Position numbers and translations under genes: made by a program
The notes under the pieces: model-generated
What the model saw: only the letters and a program-made list of their open reading frames with translations
What the model was told of the DNA's origin: nothing
Databases searched by the model: none
Part shown: in pieces, positions 1 to 8,612 of the stretch
Numbering within the stretch: position 1 is the first letter of the stretch
Layout of the letters: every line of letters begins with the position of its first letter
From: a virus
DNA: 64,000 bases
Reading direction: 5' to 3' (one strand)
IMG/VR virus record: IMGVR_UViG_3300037247_001118
Span: 8,894 to 72,893 of that record

Positions 1-55
1 TAGTCAGGACACATGTAACTAATCGCCCGGCACACCGAACAGTCTGGGAGGTCAC

Positions 56-730
56 ATGATCTTTATCACTGGTCTGGGCAAGTGCGGGACTTCGTTCGTC
101 GCCGAATGCTTTCTAAAGCTAGGACTCGATCCCAGTGGGAGTTTCGATCTGACTATGAATGCCGGGTGGGAACACGTCCAGACACATGTCCTGTGTCGAG
201 AGCTTCTCTTCGGCCCGACGCAGGCTCGATTCGTAACGTGCCGGCGAGCCGAGAAGTTGATGAAAAAGCCGATCTCTAAACGGGATCCGCGACCACTGAG
301 ACAGCGCCTATTGGAGTCCCTGCCCCCGCCAACCTGCGTGGTCAAGTCCCCATTGATCTTGCCACTACTAGAGCTGTGGATACATGCGGGGCTGGTAAGT
401 CGCATTGTCTGGCCTCAGCGTCCGCTGGCACAGATTGCACGCTCGTGGGCGGCATGGGATCCGCGTGGCCTTCGGGGCATTTACACTGTCGGAGAAGGTG
501 AAGACCCGGCGGAAATCCAGCGGGCGGCGCTTGACTATGGACGGCAGGCATGTGATCGCCACCACATCCCAGTATGCACGTTCCGCTTTCCCGAGGTACT
601 CACTCCAGGAACCGAGGATGCTGAACTATTCCTAGGGGAGTTGATGTTCACTACGGGAAAGGGACGCAGTGAAGTAGTCGCGGCCGTGGCCGCTGTGAGT
701 CGACCAGAGACGATGCGCGTTGGGAGGTAA
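56..730 (+). CDS. Sulfotransferase-family (P-loop) protein
   Basis: N-terminal ITGLGKCGTS resembles the 5'-PSB loop; VVKSP and WPQRPLAQIARS resemble the 3'-PB region; GGAGG RBS upstream. Confidence 0.65.
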   Translation: MIFITGLGKCGTSFVAECFLKLGLDPSGSFDLTMNAGWEHVQTHVLCRELLFGPTQARFVTCRRAEKLMKKPISKRDPRPLRQRLLESLPPPTCVVKSPLILPLLELWIHAGLVSRIVWPQRPLAQIARSWAAWDPRGLRGIYTVGEGEDPAEIQRAALDYGRQACDRHHIPVCTFRFPEVLTPGTEDAELFLGELMFTTGKGRSEVVAAVAAVSRPETMRVGR

Positions 731-731
731 C

Positions 732-3428
732 ATGACGATTAAGGTCTTTCTACACCCCGACTTCACTGGTACGGACAAGGGCGATGGTGGCATTAGGCGC
801 GTTGTTGAGGCACAGCGTCGGCACCTTCCAGATCACGGGATCGAGCTCGTCGACGATGTCCAGAAAGCGGATCTGATTGCTACACACATCCTTGTTGACA
901 AGCCAATCCTGCGAACCGACACACGTGTACCTCTCGTCGTCCACAATCACGGCCTGTACTGGACCGAGTACGACTGGGATGAGGGCATCAAGCCCGAATA
1001 CGCGAATTGGTGCATCAAGGTCAACGCTGAGTGTCTGAAGGCGATCCGCATGGCGGATGCGGTTACGAGTCCCAGCGAGTGGGTAGCACAGGCGCTCCGC
1101 CGTAGCAGTCTACGTCGGGTCGTTCCTATCGGGCATGGTATCGAGGCGAAGGAGTGGCCGGCGCCACGACCGCGGAAGCAGGCCAGTTACGTGCTGTGGA
1201 ACAAGACGCGACCCGATGCTGTTTGCGACCCGGAGCCGGTCAACATCCTCGCCAAACGCGTGCCCGGCGTGAAGTTCGTCACCACCTTCGGTGATAAGAG
1301 TCTAGCGAATGTCGAGGTGACCGGCCGCGTTCCGTACGAGCGTGCCAAGCAGTACGTGCGCAAAGCTAGCGTCTATCTCTGCACACCACGCGAGACCTTC
1401 GGCATCGGCACCATCGAGGCGATGGCTGCCGGCGTGCCGATCCTCGGCTGGCGCTGGGGTGGTCAGGCGGAGTTTATCGAGCACAAGGTCACTGGCTGGC
1501 TCTCCAAGCCCGGCGATTACGACGACCTCATGCGCGGGCTCTCCTACTGTCTGGAGCATCGCGTTAGGATGGGGCAGGCCGCCCGCAAGGTGGCGTTGGC
1601 CCAATATCAGTGGAAGGACATCATTGGTGCCTATGCTGACCTGTACAGGGAGACGCTTGAGGCCACGCGCCGTGAGCATCCGAAGATATCCGTCATCCTC
1701 CCAGCCTATAAGCTGGCCGAGCATCTCCCTGCTGCGATTGCGTCCGTACGAGCTCAGACCGAGCAGGATTGGGAGTGCATCATCGTCGACGACGCCTCCC
1801 CGGACAAGTGCGGCGAGATTGCCGATGCGGCTGCTGCGGATGATCCACGATTCAAGGTCGTTCACAATGAGGAGAATCTGCACGTAGCCGGAACACTCAA
1901 TGCCGGCGCAGCGGTGTCAACAGGTCGGTACCTTCTGCCCCTTGACGCCGACAATACCCTCCCTCGCCGAACGCTGGAATATCTCGCGCGAGCGCTTGAC
2001 AAGGACCGCGCTATTGACATCGCGTACGGAAACGTCCTATTCCGAGATCTCGATGGGAAGGAATGGCATTCGGGCTGGCCACCCGAGTTCGTGGCAGAGC
2101 AGCAGGTGCTGAAGTTGACGAAGCCTGGCCAGATACCTGCTAACCTCATCCCCTCGACGGCACTATTCCGCCGCCGCGTCTGGGAACTCACGGGGGGTTG
2201 GCGACGGCGCCGCCGGAACGGAGAGGATCCCGACTTCTGGATGCGTGCGACTAGCTACGGATTCGTGGCTAAGCGCGTGACCGAGGCGGATACGTTGGTG
2301 TACCTGAACCGGCCGGACTCTCTGAGCCGAACCGAAACCCTTACCGATTGGACCACATGGTTTCCTTGGGCACGCCAACTGGCACCGCCGCCGTCGGCAA
2401 TTGACTTCGATGGAGAGGTGCTCGTCCCGTCCTACGAGCCGCTGCTGGTGAGCGTCATTATTCCCGTCGGGCCCGGGCACGAGGAGTTGGTGATCGATGC
2501 GCTCGACAGCGTTGACGCACAGACCTTCCGCCTGTGGGAGTGCATCGTGGTCAACGATACTGGCAAGCCGTTGCGCTATACGCCGTCATGGGCGCGAGTC
2601 ATCAACACGCCCGGCAAGGTAGGTGTGGGTGCGGCGCGCAACCGCGGCATCGCCGCGTCGAAAGCGGCACTCTTCCTGCCGCTGGACGCTGACGATACGC
2701 TTGAGCCGGACGCGCTCACTTACCTGTACGCCGCCCACAAAGAGGTCGGCGGCGTTGTCTACTCCGACTGGTACGAGCGGTGGGAGGGCCAGCCTGTCAA
2801 GGTCTGGCAGACTCCCGAGTACGACGCCAAGGACCTCCTGGCTAAGGGCTGCATCCACGCCATCACAGCGCTGTACGTGAAGGCGGACTGGGAACGCGTC
2901 GGTGGCTTCGATGAGAAGGTGCCTGCATGGGAGGACTGGGACTACCAGCTCAAGATGGCCGAGATCGGCGTCTGCGGTACTCGCATTCCGCAGCCGCTCT
3001 TTACCTACCGCAAGGACGAGGGGATGCGCCGGGAAGACAACTACGCGCGCTTCCAGGAGAACAAGGAGGTACTGGGCAAGAAGTGGGCCAAGTACGTAGA
3101 CGGAAAGGAGACACTCATGGCATGCAGAAGTTGCTCGAAGAAGAAGGTGAAGGCTCTCGCCGGCGACGTTTCCGCAGGGCCGACAGCCGCTCAGCGAGTG
3201 CGGGCAGCTACCGCGAACGGCGGCGCGGGCGCTGAGGGGGGCGAGTATGCTATCATAGAGTACGTGGGGCGCAAGCGCGGATCACAGAACTTCCGTGGCC
3301 CCAGCGGGACTCAATACCGGTTCGCCGCCGACGGTCCCGACCAGGTCAAGTACGTGCTCGCGGCAGACGCGGCCTACTTCCTGGCCAAGATAGACTTCCG
3401 CCGAGGCGAAGTTCGACAGGAGGCATAG
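732..3428 (+). CDS. Multidomain glycosyltransferase (GT4 + GT2 + GT2) with a C-terminal small domain
   Basis: GT4 motif ETFGIGTIEAMAAGVP; two GT2 domains (ISVILPAY..IIVDDAS..LPLDADN and VSVIIPV..IVVND..LPLDADD, EDWD). Start set at ATG 732 after GGAGG. Confidence 0.9.
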   Translation: MTIKVFLHPDFTGTDKGDGGIRRVVEAQRRHLPDHGIELVDDVQKADLIATHILVDKPILRTDTRVPLVVHNHGLYWTEYDWDEGIKPEYANWCIKVNAECLKAIRMADAVTSPSEWVAQALRRSSLRRVVPIGHGIEAKEWPAPRPRKQASYVLWNKTRPDAVCDPEPVNILAKRVPGVKFVTTFGDKSLANVEVTGRVPYERAKQYVRKASVYLCTPRETFGIGTIEAMAAGVPILGWRWGGQAEFIEHKVTGWLSKPGDYDDLMRGLSYCLEHRVRMGQAARKVALAQYQWKDIIGAYADLYRETLEATRREHPKISVILPAYKLAEHLPAAIASVRAQTEQDWECIIVDDASPDKCGEIADAAAADDPRFKVVHNEENLHVAGTLNAGAAVSTGRYLLPLDADNTLPRRTLEYLARALDKDRAIDIAYGNVLFRDLDGKEWHSGWPPEFVAEQQVLKLTKPGQIPANLIPSTALFRRRVWELTGGWRRRRRNGEDPDFWMRATSYGFVAKRVTEADTLVYLNRPDSLSRTETLTDWTTWFPWARQLAPPPSAIDFDGEVLVPSYEPLLVSVIIPVGPGHEELVIDALDSVDAQTFRLWECIVVNDTGKPLRYTPSWARVINTPGKVGVGAARNRGIAASKAALFLPLDADDTLEPDALTYLYAAHKEVGGVVYSDWYERWEGQPVKVWQTPEYDAKDLLAKGCIHAITALYVKADWERVGGFDEKVPAWEDWDYQLKMAEIGVCGTRIPQPLFTYRKDEGMRREDNYARFQENKEVLGKKWAKYVDGKETLMACRSCSKKKVKALAGDVSAGPTAAQRVRAATANGGAGAEGGEYAIIEYVGRKRGSQNFRGPSGTQYRFAADGPDQVKYVLAADAAYFLAKIDFRRGEVRQEA

Positions 3429-3430
3429 AC

Positions 3431-3649
3431 ATGGCTAGCGTGACCGTAGACTTTGAGGACAAGGACACAGTGGCAATCCGCATCGACGACAGCGGCTTCT
3501 TCGGCTTGGCCACAGACAAGTTCGATGTCGAGTTCGAGGAGCGGGGGATGCAAGGCGGTGCCGTTACCGTTGCCGAGCTGAGCCTCCGTCCAGCTACCGC
3601 CCGTGCGCTTTTCCTCCGCCTTGCCGAGGCGCTCACAGAGGAAGTGTAG
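3431..3649 (+). CDS. Hypothetical protein
   Basis: 72-aa ORF with AGGAGG RBS, packed between neighbours. Confidence 0.6.
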   Translation: MASVTVDFEDKDTVAIRIDDSGFFGLATDKFDVEFEERGMQGGAVTVAELSLRPATARALFLRLAEALTEEV

Positions 3650-3958
3650 ATGGGCATCGAGCAAGCCATCCTCATCGGACTTGCCGCGTGGCGCCTGACG
3701 GCTCTTCTCTCCTATGAGCGGGGTCCCTTCGACGTATTCGTACGACTGCGCACCCTGCTCGGCTTCGAGCACGACGACGAAGGGCGTCCCGACTCGTGGC
3801 CGAGCGGAGTGCTGCGAGACGTGATCGCCTGCCCCTGGTGCCTCGGCCTCCCGATGGCCGCTGTAGCGTTCGGCCTCTGGCAGGCCGTGCCGCTCGCCGT
3901 CATCGTACTGGCCGCCGCGACGGTGGTCGTGGCTGTGGAGAGGTGGACGAACTCATGA
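3650..3958 (+). CDS. DUF1360-like membrane protein
   Basis: WRLTALL..GPF..LR and CPWC motif followed by hydrophobic helices. Confidence 0.75.
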   Translation: MGIEQAILIGLAAWRLTALLSYERGPFDVFVRLRTLLGFEHDDEGRPDSWPSGVLRDVIACPWCLGLPMAAVAFGLWQAVPLAVIVLAAATVVVAVERWTNS

Positions 3959-4116
3959 CGTCGAAAGTAACCCTGTGGGAGTTGATAAGTAGGCCGCCCT
4001 ATCCTTCTGCGGTCATCTCCGACCCGCCGAGCGGTAGCCACATGGTAACGAGCATCTACGTGGACAGTGACAAAAAGCTAGTGATCGCATACAGCGATAT
4101 TCCGAGAGGAGACTGA
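3955..4116 (+). CDS. Hypothetical protein (MTSKVTLWEL...)
   Basis: ATGA overlap with the previous stop; 53 aa. Confidence 0.5.
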   Translation: MTSKVTLWELISRPPYPSAVISDPPSGSHMVTSIYVDSDKKLVIAYSDIPRGD

Positions 4117-4119
4117 CCT

Positions 4120-4443
4120 ATGGCCATCGCAACGTTGACCATAGACCCAGGCGCAGCGGCTCTGACACCTAATGAGCATGTTGCGGCGATCAACTCAGCG
4201 ACTGCTGTGATTGACCGAGCAAGTTCTGTAGACCCGGCCGCCAGACCGATTGCGCCTGGCGAGATAACTATTGCCGAGTTAGCGAGTGCAGCGGCCAAGG
4301 GCAACTTGGACGCCATGCCCGACGTGGATCGCGGCTATATTCAGACTCGTCCGGTGGCCACTAGCGGCGATTTCAAGGTCATCGCGCTCAAGAGGACATC
4401 AGTCGGACTGGTCGAGGTCGAGTACGACGACGTCGCCGTCTAG
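4120..4443 (+). CDS. Hypothetical protein, possibly virion-associated
   Basis: 107-aa ORF with GAGGAG RBS in the structural region. Confidence 0.6.
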   Translation: MAIATLTIDPGAAALTPNEHVAAINSATAVIDRASSVDPAARPIAPGEITIAELASAAAKGNLDAMPDVDRGYIQTRPVATSGDFKVIALKRTSVGLVEVEYDDVAV

Positions 4444-4461
4444 GGTATTGGAGTTGTTCTG

Positions 4462-5718
4462 ATGGCTAGAGCAGAGACAAAGACGAAGCTCCCCCTCGAC
4501 CGCTGGGCGCAGATTGTCGGCATCAATCCGATGCACTTCAACGGCGTCTACGTCCGCGCTCCCACAACTTGTGCCGAACCGTGGCTCCAATTCCCGTACC
4601 AGACCGCCGACCGCGTGAGCCGTGAGGAGGTGGCGATTGCCATCGCGCACGCTGAGGCCATGTGCGAGCGGTTCCTCCGATACCGACTGCTCCCCACATG
4701 GGAGACCGACGAGTGGCACGAGAGCATCCGGCCGAATCTGCCCGAGCTCCACAACATCAGCGTCAGCGATCTGCGAGGGTATTCGCAGACGGTGCAGGCC
4801 AAGCACGGACACTTCCTCTCAGGAGGAATCCGAGCGTCGACGCTCATTGAGGCGGACACCGCCGTCGCATACACCGACCCGGACGGCGACAGCTACGACG
4901 AGGTCGCTACGGTCACCGTCACGGTAGATGTGGGACAGAGCGGCTGCGAGCTGCGCGTCTACTTCCCCGTCTCCAACACCATGGTAGCCACCGGAGGCGA
5001 GGACCAGTGGGAGATCAAGCCCATCAGCGTCTCGGTCAGTGGCACGACCGCGACCATTACCTTCCGGCGCGAGCAGGCAGTCCTGCCGCAGCTACAGGTA
5101 GACCTGGTGCCGCCGACGGACGACAGCCACCTTCGCGGTGTGGACGGCGCAGACGCTGCCAACTTCCTTGACGAGGTCGATGTCTACCGCGTCTACAACG
5201 ACCCGCAGACACAGGCCACATTCCTGTGGGAGCCGTTCGAGTGCGACGACGCTGCGCTAGGCTCGTATATAGCGCAGACGGGGTTCCTGATGATACGCGA
5301 CGATCCGCGGCTGAGCCGTGTTGGCTACCGCGCTGGCACATGGGACTCTGCGACCTCAGCGTTCGTAGCGGTGGAGTGGGCACGCCAGCGGTCGCCGGAC
5401 ATCGTGCGGCTCTGGTACTACGCAGGCCTGCGCACCAAGAACCTTGACTGTCCGACGGTGGCGATGGATCCCGACTGGGAGCGCACCGTCGCCTACTTCG
5501 CGGCGGCGCTGCTGGACCGCCCCATTTGCGAGTGCAACAACGTCCAGGCGTGGGTGGCGCACTGGCAGCGCGACCTGGCGATTGCCGGCGAGGAGGAGGG
5601 GCTATCCATCTCTCCCGCCGATCTAGACAGCGAGTTCGGAACACGACGCGGAGCGGTCGCAGCATGGCGGCGCGTGATCGGCGAGGACGGCGCGGTAGGG
5701 CATGGAGTGTCCCCATAG
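4462..5718 (+). CDS. Putative virion structural protein (head-tail connector region)
   Basis: 418-aa ORF between the glycosylation genes and the tail genes; function inferred from position only. Confidence 0.55.
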   Translation: MARAETKTKLPLDRWAQIVGINPMHFNGVYVRAPTTCAEPWLQFPYQTADRVSREEVAIAIAHAEAMCERFLRYRLLPTWETDEWHESIRPNLPELHNISVSDLRGYSQTVQAKHGHFLSGGIRASTLIEADTAVAYTDPDGDSYDEVATVTVTVDVGQSGCELRVYFPVSNTMVATGGEDQWEIKPISVSVSGTTATITFRREQAVLPQLQVDLVPPTDDSHLRGVDGADAANFLDEVDVYRVYNDPQTQATFLWEPFECDDAALGSYIAQTGFLMIRDDPRLSRVGYRAGTWDSATSAFVAVEWARQRSPDIVRLWYYAGLRTKNLDCPTVAMDPDWERTVAYFAAALLDRPICECNNVQAWVAHWQRDLAIAGEEEGLSISPADLDSEFGTRRGAVAAWRRVIGEDGAVGHGVSP

Positions 5719-5726
5719 GATGCGTC

Positions 5727-5906
5727 ATGTACGCCCAGATCAGCCTACGCTCTCATGTTGCCAAAGGCTCGGCGAGCTTTCTGGCCGCAGCGGTAACTCT
5801 GGCGATGGCTCAGGAGTGGGCCACGTGGGCGTTGGCACAGCGCAAGTGGTGGAAGCTGATCCCTGCCTACGTCCTGGCCACCTTCGCCCTTTTCGAGGCG
5901 CACTAA
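5727..5906 (+). CDS. Small hydrophobic hypothetical protein
   Basis: 59-aa ORF filling the gap, with hydrophobic segments; reading frame uncertain. Confidence 0.35.
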   Translation: MYAQISLRSHVAKGSASFLAAAVTLAMAQEWATWALAQRKWWKLIPAYVLATFALFEAH

Positions 5907-5944
5907 GTCTGGATCCGGGTCGAGACGATTGCGGGGTGGCGTAG

Positions 5945-6241
5945 ATGAGACAGGCCAGACATACCGACGACAAGGGCCGCATCCATGTCGTGCTCCTACC
6001 TGACGATGCACCCGACAGCCACGCCGCATTGGGCATTCCGGTCGGCCCACCCTCGCTGAAGTCGCTGGGGTTGCCGGAGGAAATCGAGACGCGCCTACAC
6101 AACCAGCTCGTCGCCCGACGCATCCTGACGGCAGCCGACGCGAAGGCACACCGAACCGACGTTTTCGGCGCCTTGCAGAAGGCGCTATCAGTGGATATCA
6201 ACCGGGTCATAACGTGCTATAATGAGGATGCAACCGAATAG
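5945..6241 (+). CDS. Hypothetical protein
   Basis: 98-aa ORF immediately upstream of the tail tube candidate. Confidence 0.65.
   Translation: MRQARHTDDKGRIHVVLLPDDAPDSHAALGIPVGPPSLKSLGLPEEIETRLHNQLVARRILTAADAKAHRTDVFGALQKALSVDINRVITCYNEDATE
6215..6223 (+). promoter_or_regulatory. Extended -10 promoter (TGcTATAAT) upstream of the tail tube candidate
   Basis: Consensus TGnTATAAT about 50 nt before the AAGGAGGT-preceded ATG at 6272. Confidence 0.55.
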
Positions 6242-6271
6242 CATACACCCTCAGAAGGAGGTTACCTAGAC

Positions 6272-7768
6272 ATGCCACCTGTACGAAGCCCATTCTCCCG
6301 TGTCTTCACAATTGAAGACCGCGCTGGCCCGGCAAACGTGCCGGTCTACCTTGGCGAGGGTCGCGCCATGGGTCCCAGTTGGGGATTCGGCGACCGCACC
6401 CCGATCCGAAAGCCAGACCCGAACCGCTACGGCGCGTTCACCATCGTCGACGCTATCAAGGCTGAGCGTGGCCTTCCCGCCCTGAGCATCGAGAACCGCT
6501 ACCAGTACACCATTTCGGACTTCCTCCGAATGGCGCGGCGCGGCTGCGCGATTGACCTGCAAGTCCACTTTGGCCAGTGCGCAGATCCGCGCGACTTCAA
6601 TGGCGGCTGGGACAAGATTCTGGTACTGGAAGGGGCGGACTTCTCCAACTTCAACACAAACGAGTTGGGAGCGCTTGAGCAGGGCGAGGACGCCGTCGTC
6701 AACGAGACCGTTGACTTCAACGGCCTCGACATGTACGAGATCCTGAAGATCTCCTTCGCCGAGTTGGCGAGTACCGAGGTCATGGGTCAAGTGTATGCGG
6801 TCGTGATCTGCGACTCCGTAACCTGTGGCGAGTGTGGATTGCCGTCTACAGGCTGCCAGCGCATCTTCGCCGTTACCGAACTTCAGCTCGGATCACCGGG
6901 ACTGCCGGCTGAGTTGATCTTCAGCTCAGATGGGGGCGATACCATCGGCGAGACAAACATCTCGACACTGGGCCCGACCGAAGACCCGAGTGGTATGGCG
7001 TGTGTGGGGACGAACCTAGTAGTCGTCTCGAACGACTCCTGCTCGATCCACTATGCGCCCATCGCGGATATCCTTGATGGGATCGAGACCTGGACGGAGA
7101 TTGCGACCGGGCTCACGTGTGCCGCGGGCGCCCCGAACGCCATCTTCAGCCTTGGGAGCCGGTTCACCTGGATCGTCGGCGATGGTGGGTACATCTACTT
7201 CACCAACGACATCACGGCCGGCGTTGATACACAGGATGCCGGGGTGGCGGTCACTGATGACCTGAACGACATCCACGGCTTTGACGAGCTCAACCTCGTA
7301 GCGGTAGGCGACGCTGGCGCGGTTGTCGTCACCAGGAACGGCGGCGAAACGTGGGCAACGGCTGCCAGCGAGCCGCCCGGAAACCTAGAACTTACGACCG
7401 TGTGGATGCGGAGCGCAGACGAGTGGTTCGTCGGCACGGCCACTGGGCTCCTGTTCTACACCCGCAACGCGGGAACCACGTGGGTAGCGAAGGCATTCCC
7501 TGGCTCTGGTGCTGGCCAAGTCCGAGATATCGTCTTCGCAACGCCGACTGTCGGTTACCTCGCGCACGATACTATCGCGCCGCTCGGCCGGATTCTCCGT
7601 ACCATTGATGGAGGCCAGAGCTGGTACGTGCTGCCCGAAGGAACGGGCGCCATTCCCACTAACGCTCAAATCAATTCGCTTGCTGCTTGCGCCGAAGATG
7701 TAAACATCGTTTACGGTGGTGGTCTCGGGGCCGGCGACGACGGGTTCCTCGTGAAGGCATCAGCGTAA
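6272..7768 (+). CDS. Putative tail tube protein fused to an Asp-box/Ycf48-like beta-propeller
   Basis: Sits directly before the chaperone and tape measure genes with a strong RBS; C-terminal repeats SSDGGDT, TRNGGETW, TRNAGTTW, TIDGGQSW. Confidence 0.6.
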   Translation: MPPVRSPFSRVFTIEDRAGPANVPVYLGEGRAMGPSWGFGDRTPIRKPDPNRYGAFTIVDAIKAERGLPALSIENRYQYTISDFLRMARRGCAIDLQVHFGQCADPRDFNGGWDKILVLEGADFSNFNTNELGALEQGEDAVVNETVDFNGLDMYEILKISFAELASTEVMGQVYAVVICDSVTCGECGLPSTGCQRIFAVTELQLGSPGLPAELIFSSDGGDTIGETNISTLGPTEDPSGMACVGTNLVVVSNDSCSIHYAPIADILDGIETWTEIATGLTCAAGAPNAIFSLGSRFTWIVGDGGYIYFTNDITAGVDTQDAGVAVTDDLNDIHGFDELNLVAVGDAGAVVVTRNGGETWATAASEPPGNLELTTVWMRSADEWFVGTATGLLFYTRNAGTTWVAKAFPGSGAGQVRDIVFATPTVGYLAHDTIAPLGRILRTIDGGQSWYVLPEGTGAIPTNAQINSLAACAEDVNIVYGGGLGAGDDGFLVKASA

Positions 7769-7786
7769 TGGGAAAGGTAGAGGTGT

Positions 7787-8434
7787 ATGCCAGCGAAGAG
7801 AAAGGCCAAAGCTAGCCAAAGGGCATTCGATGCAGCTGTAGGCGGCAGCAGCGTCGCACCAGAGGCGGCGCCGACAACTGTCACCCTAAGTTGCGGGGTG
7901 GTTCTGCGGTTCAAGCCAGTACCGAGCCTCGCTATCCGCGAGGCCGCGATGCGTATTGAGGCGCCAGCGGTGCCTACAGTTCACATCGAGGACAAAGGGC
8001 GCGACGAGGAGAATCCCAACGACCCGGCCTATAAGTGGGCGGTTGCTGAGTTTGAGGCGGCTCGGGCGATGGTCGCCAACGACGTCATCCTTCTCTTGGG
8101 CAACGAGATCGAGTCGGTACCCGAGGACGTGGCAGCCATACAGGATCAGAGCTGGATCGAAGACCTACAGGCAGTCGGCATCGAGTTCGACGCCGAGAAC
8201 CGAGCAGCCCGCAAACTGGCCTGGCTCAAGTTCTACGTCCTCCGCACAGACGCGGACTCGCTGAAGGCGCTCATGGGACCGATGCGCTCGGCCGGAGTGG
8301 GGGAGGTGGACGTGGCGAAAGCCATGGACTCCTTTCGGGATCGAGAGGAACGGTCGGCCGATAACGGAGCTGGGCTTCCGGACGGTGGCGACGGGGCTGA
8401 CGATACCGAGCCAAGTGCCGGGGCTGGTGCCTGA
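7787..8434 (+). CDS. Tail assembly chaperone (gpG-like)
   Basis: Position between tail tube candidate and tape measure; overlaps a downstream ORF that lacks a good start. Confidence 0.7.
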   Translation: MPAKRKAKASQRAFDAAVGGSSVAPEAAPTTVTLSCGVVLRFKPVPSLAIREAAMRIEAPAVPTVHIEDKGRDEENPNDPAYKWAVAEFEAARAMVANDVILLLGNEIESVPEDVAAIQDQSWIEDLQAVGIEFDAENRAARKLAWLKFYVLRTDADSLKALMGPMRSAGVGEVDVAKAMDSFRDREERSADNGAGLPDGGDGADDTEPSAGAGA

Positions 8435-8612
8435 GTTCGAGGAGCGCGAGGCAGCTACCGCAGGGAGGTACACGTGGACAGATTGGCAGCAGCTCCCCTA
8501 CGCGGAGCGTGTGGATGGAGTCGCTCACTACCGACTCCATCTCTTGATATCTCTACACCGGCAGGACGCATCCGACCGGCACACGGCACAGAGGCAGAAG
8601 AGGCATAAGTAG
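8334..8612 (+). CDS. Tail assembly chaperone extension (gpT-like), reached by a probable +1 frameshift
   Basis: The +1 frame is open from TCC TTT CGG (8330-8338), reading FGIERNGRPITEL...YTWTDWQQLP...HYRL, to TAG abutting the tape measure ATG. Confidence 0.6.
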   Translation, partial: FGIERNGRPITELGFRTVATGLTIPSQVPGLVPEFEEREAATAGRYTWTDWQQLPYAERVDGVAHYRLHLLISLHRQDASDRHTAQRQKRHK

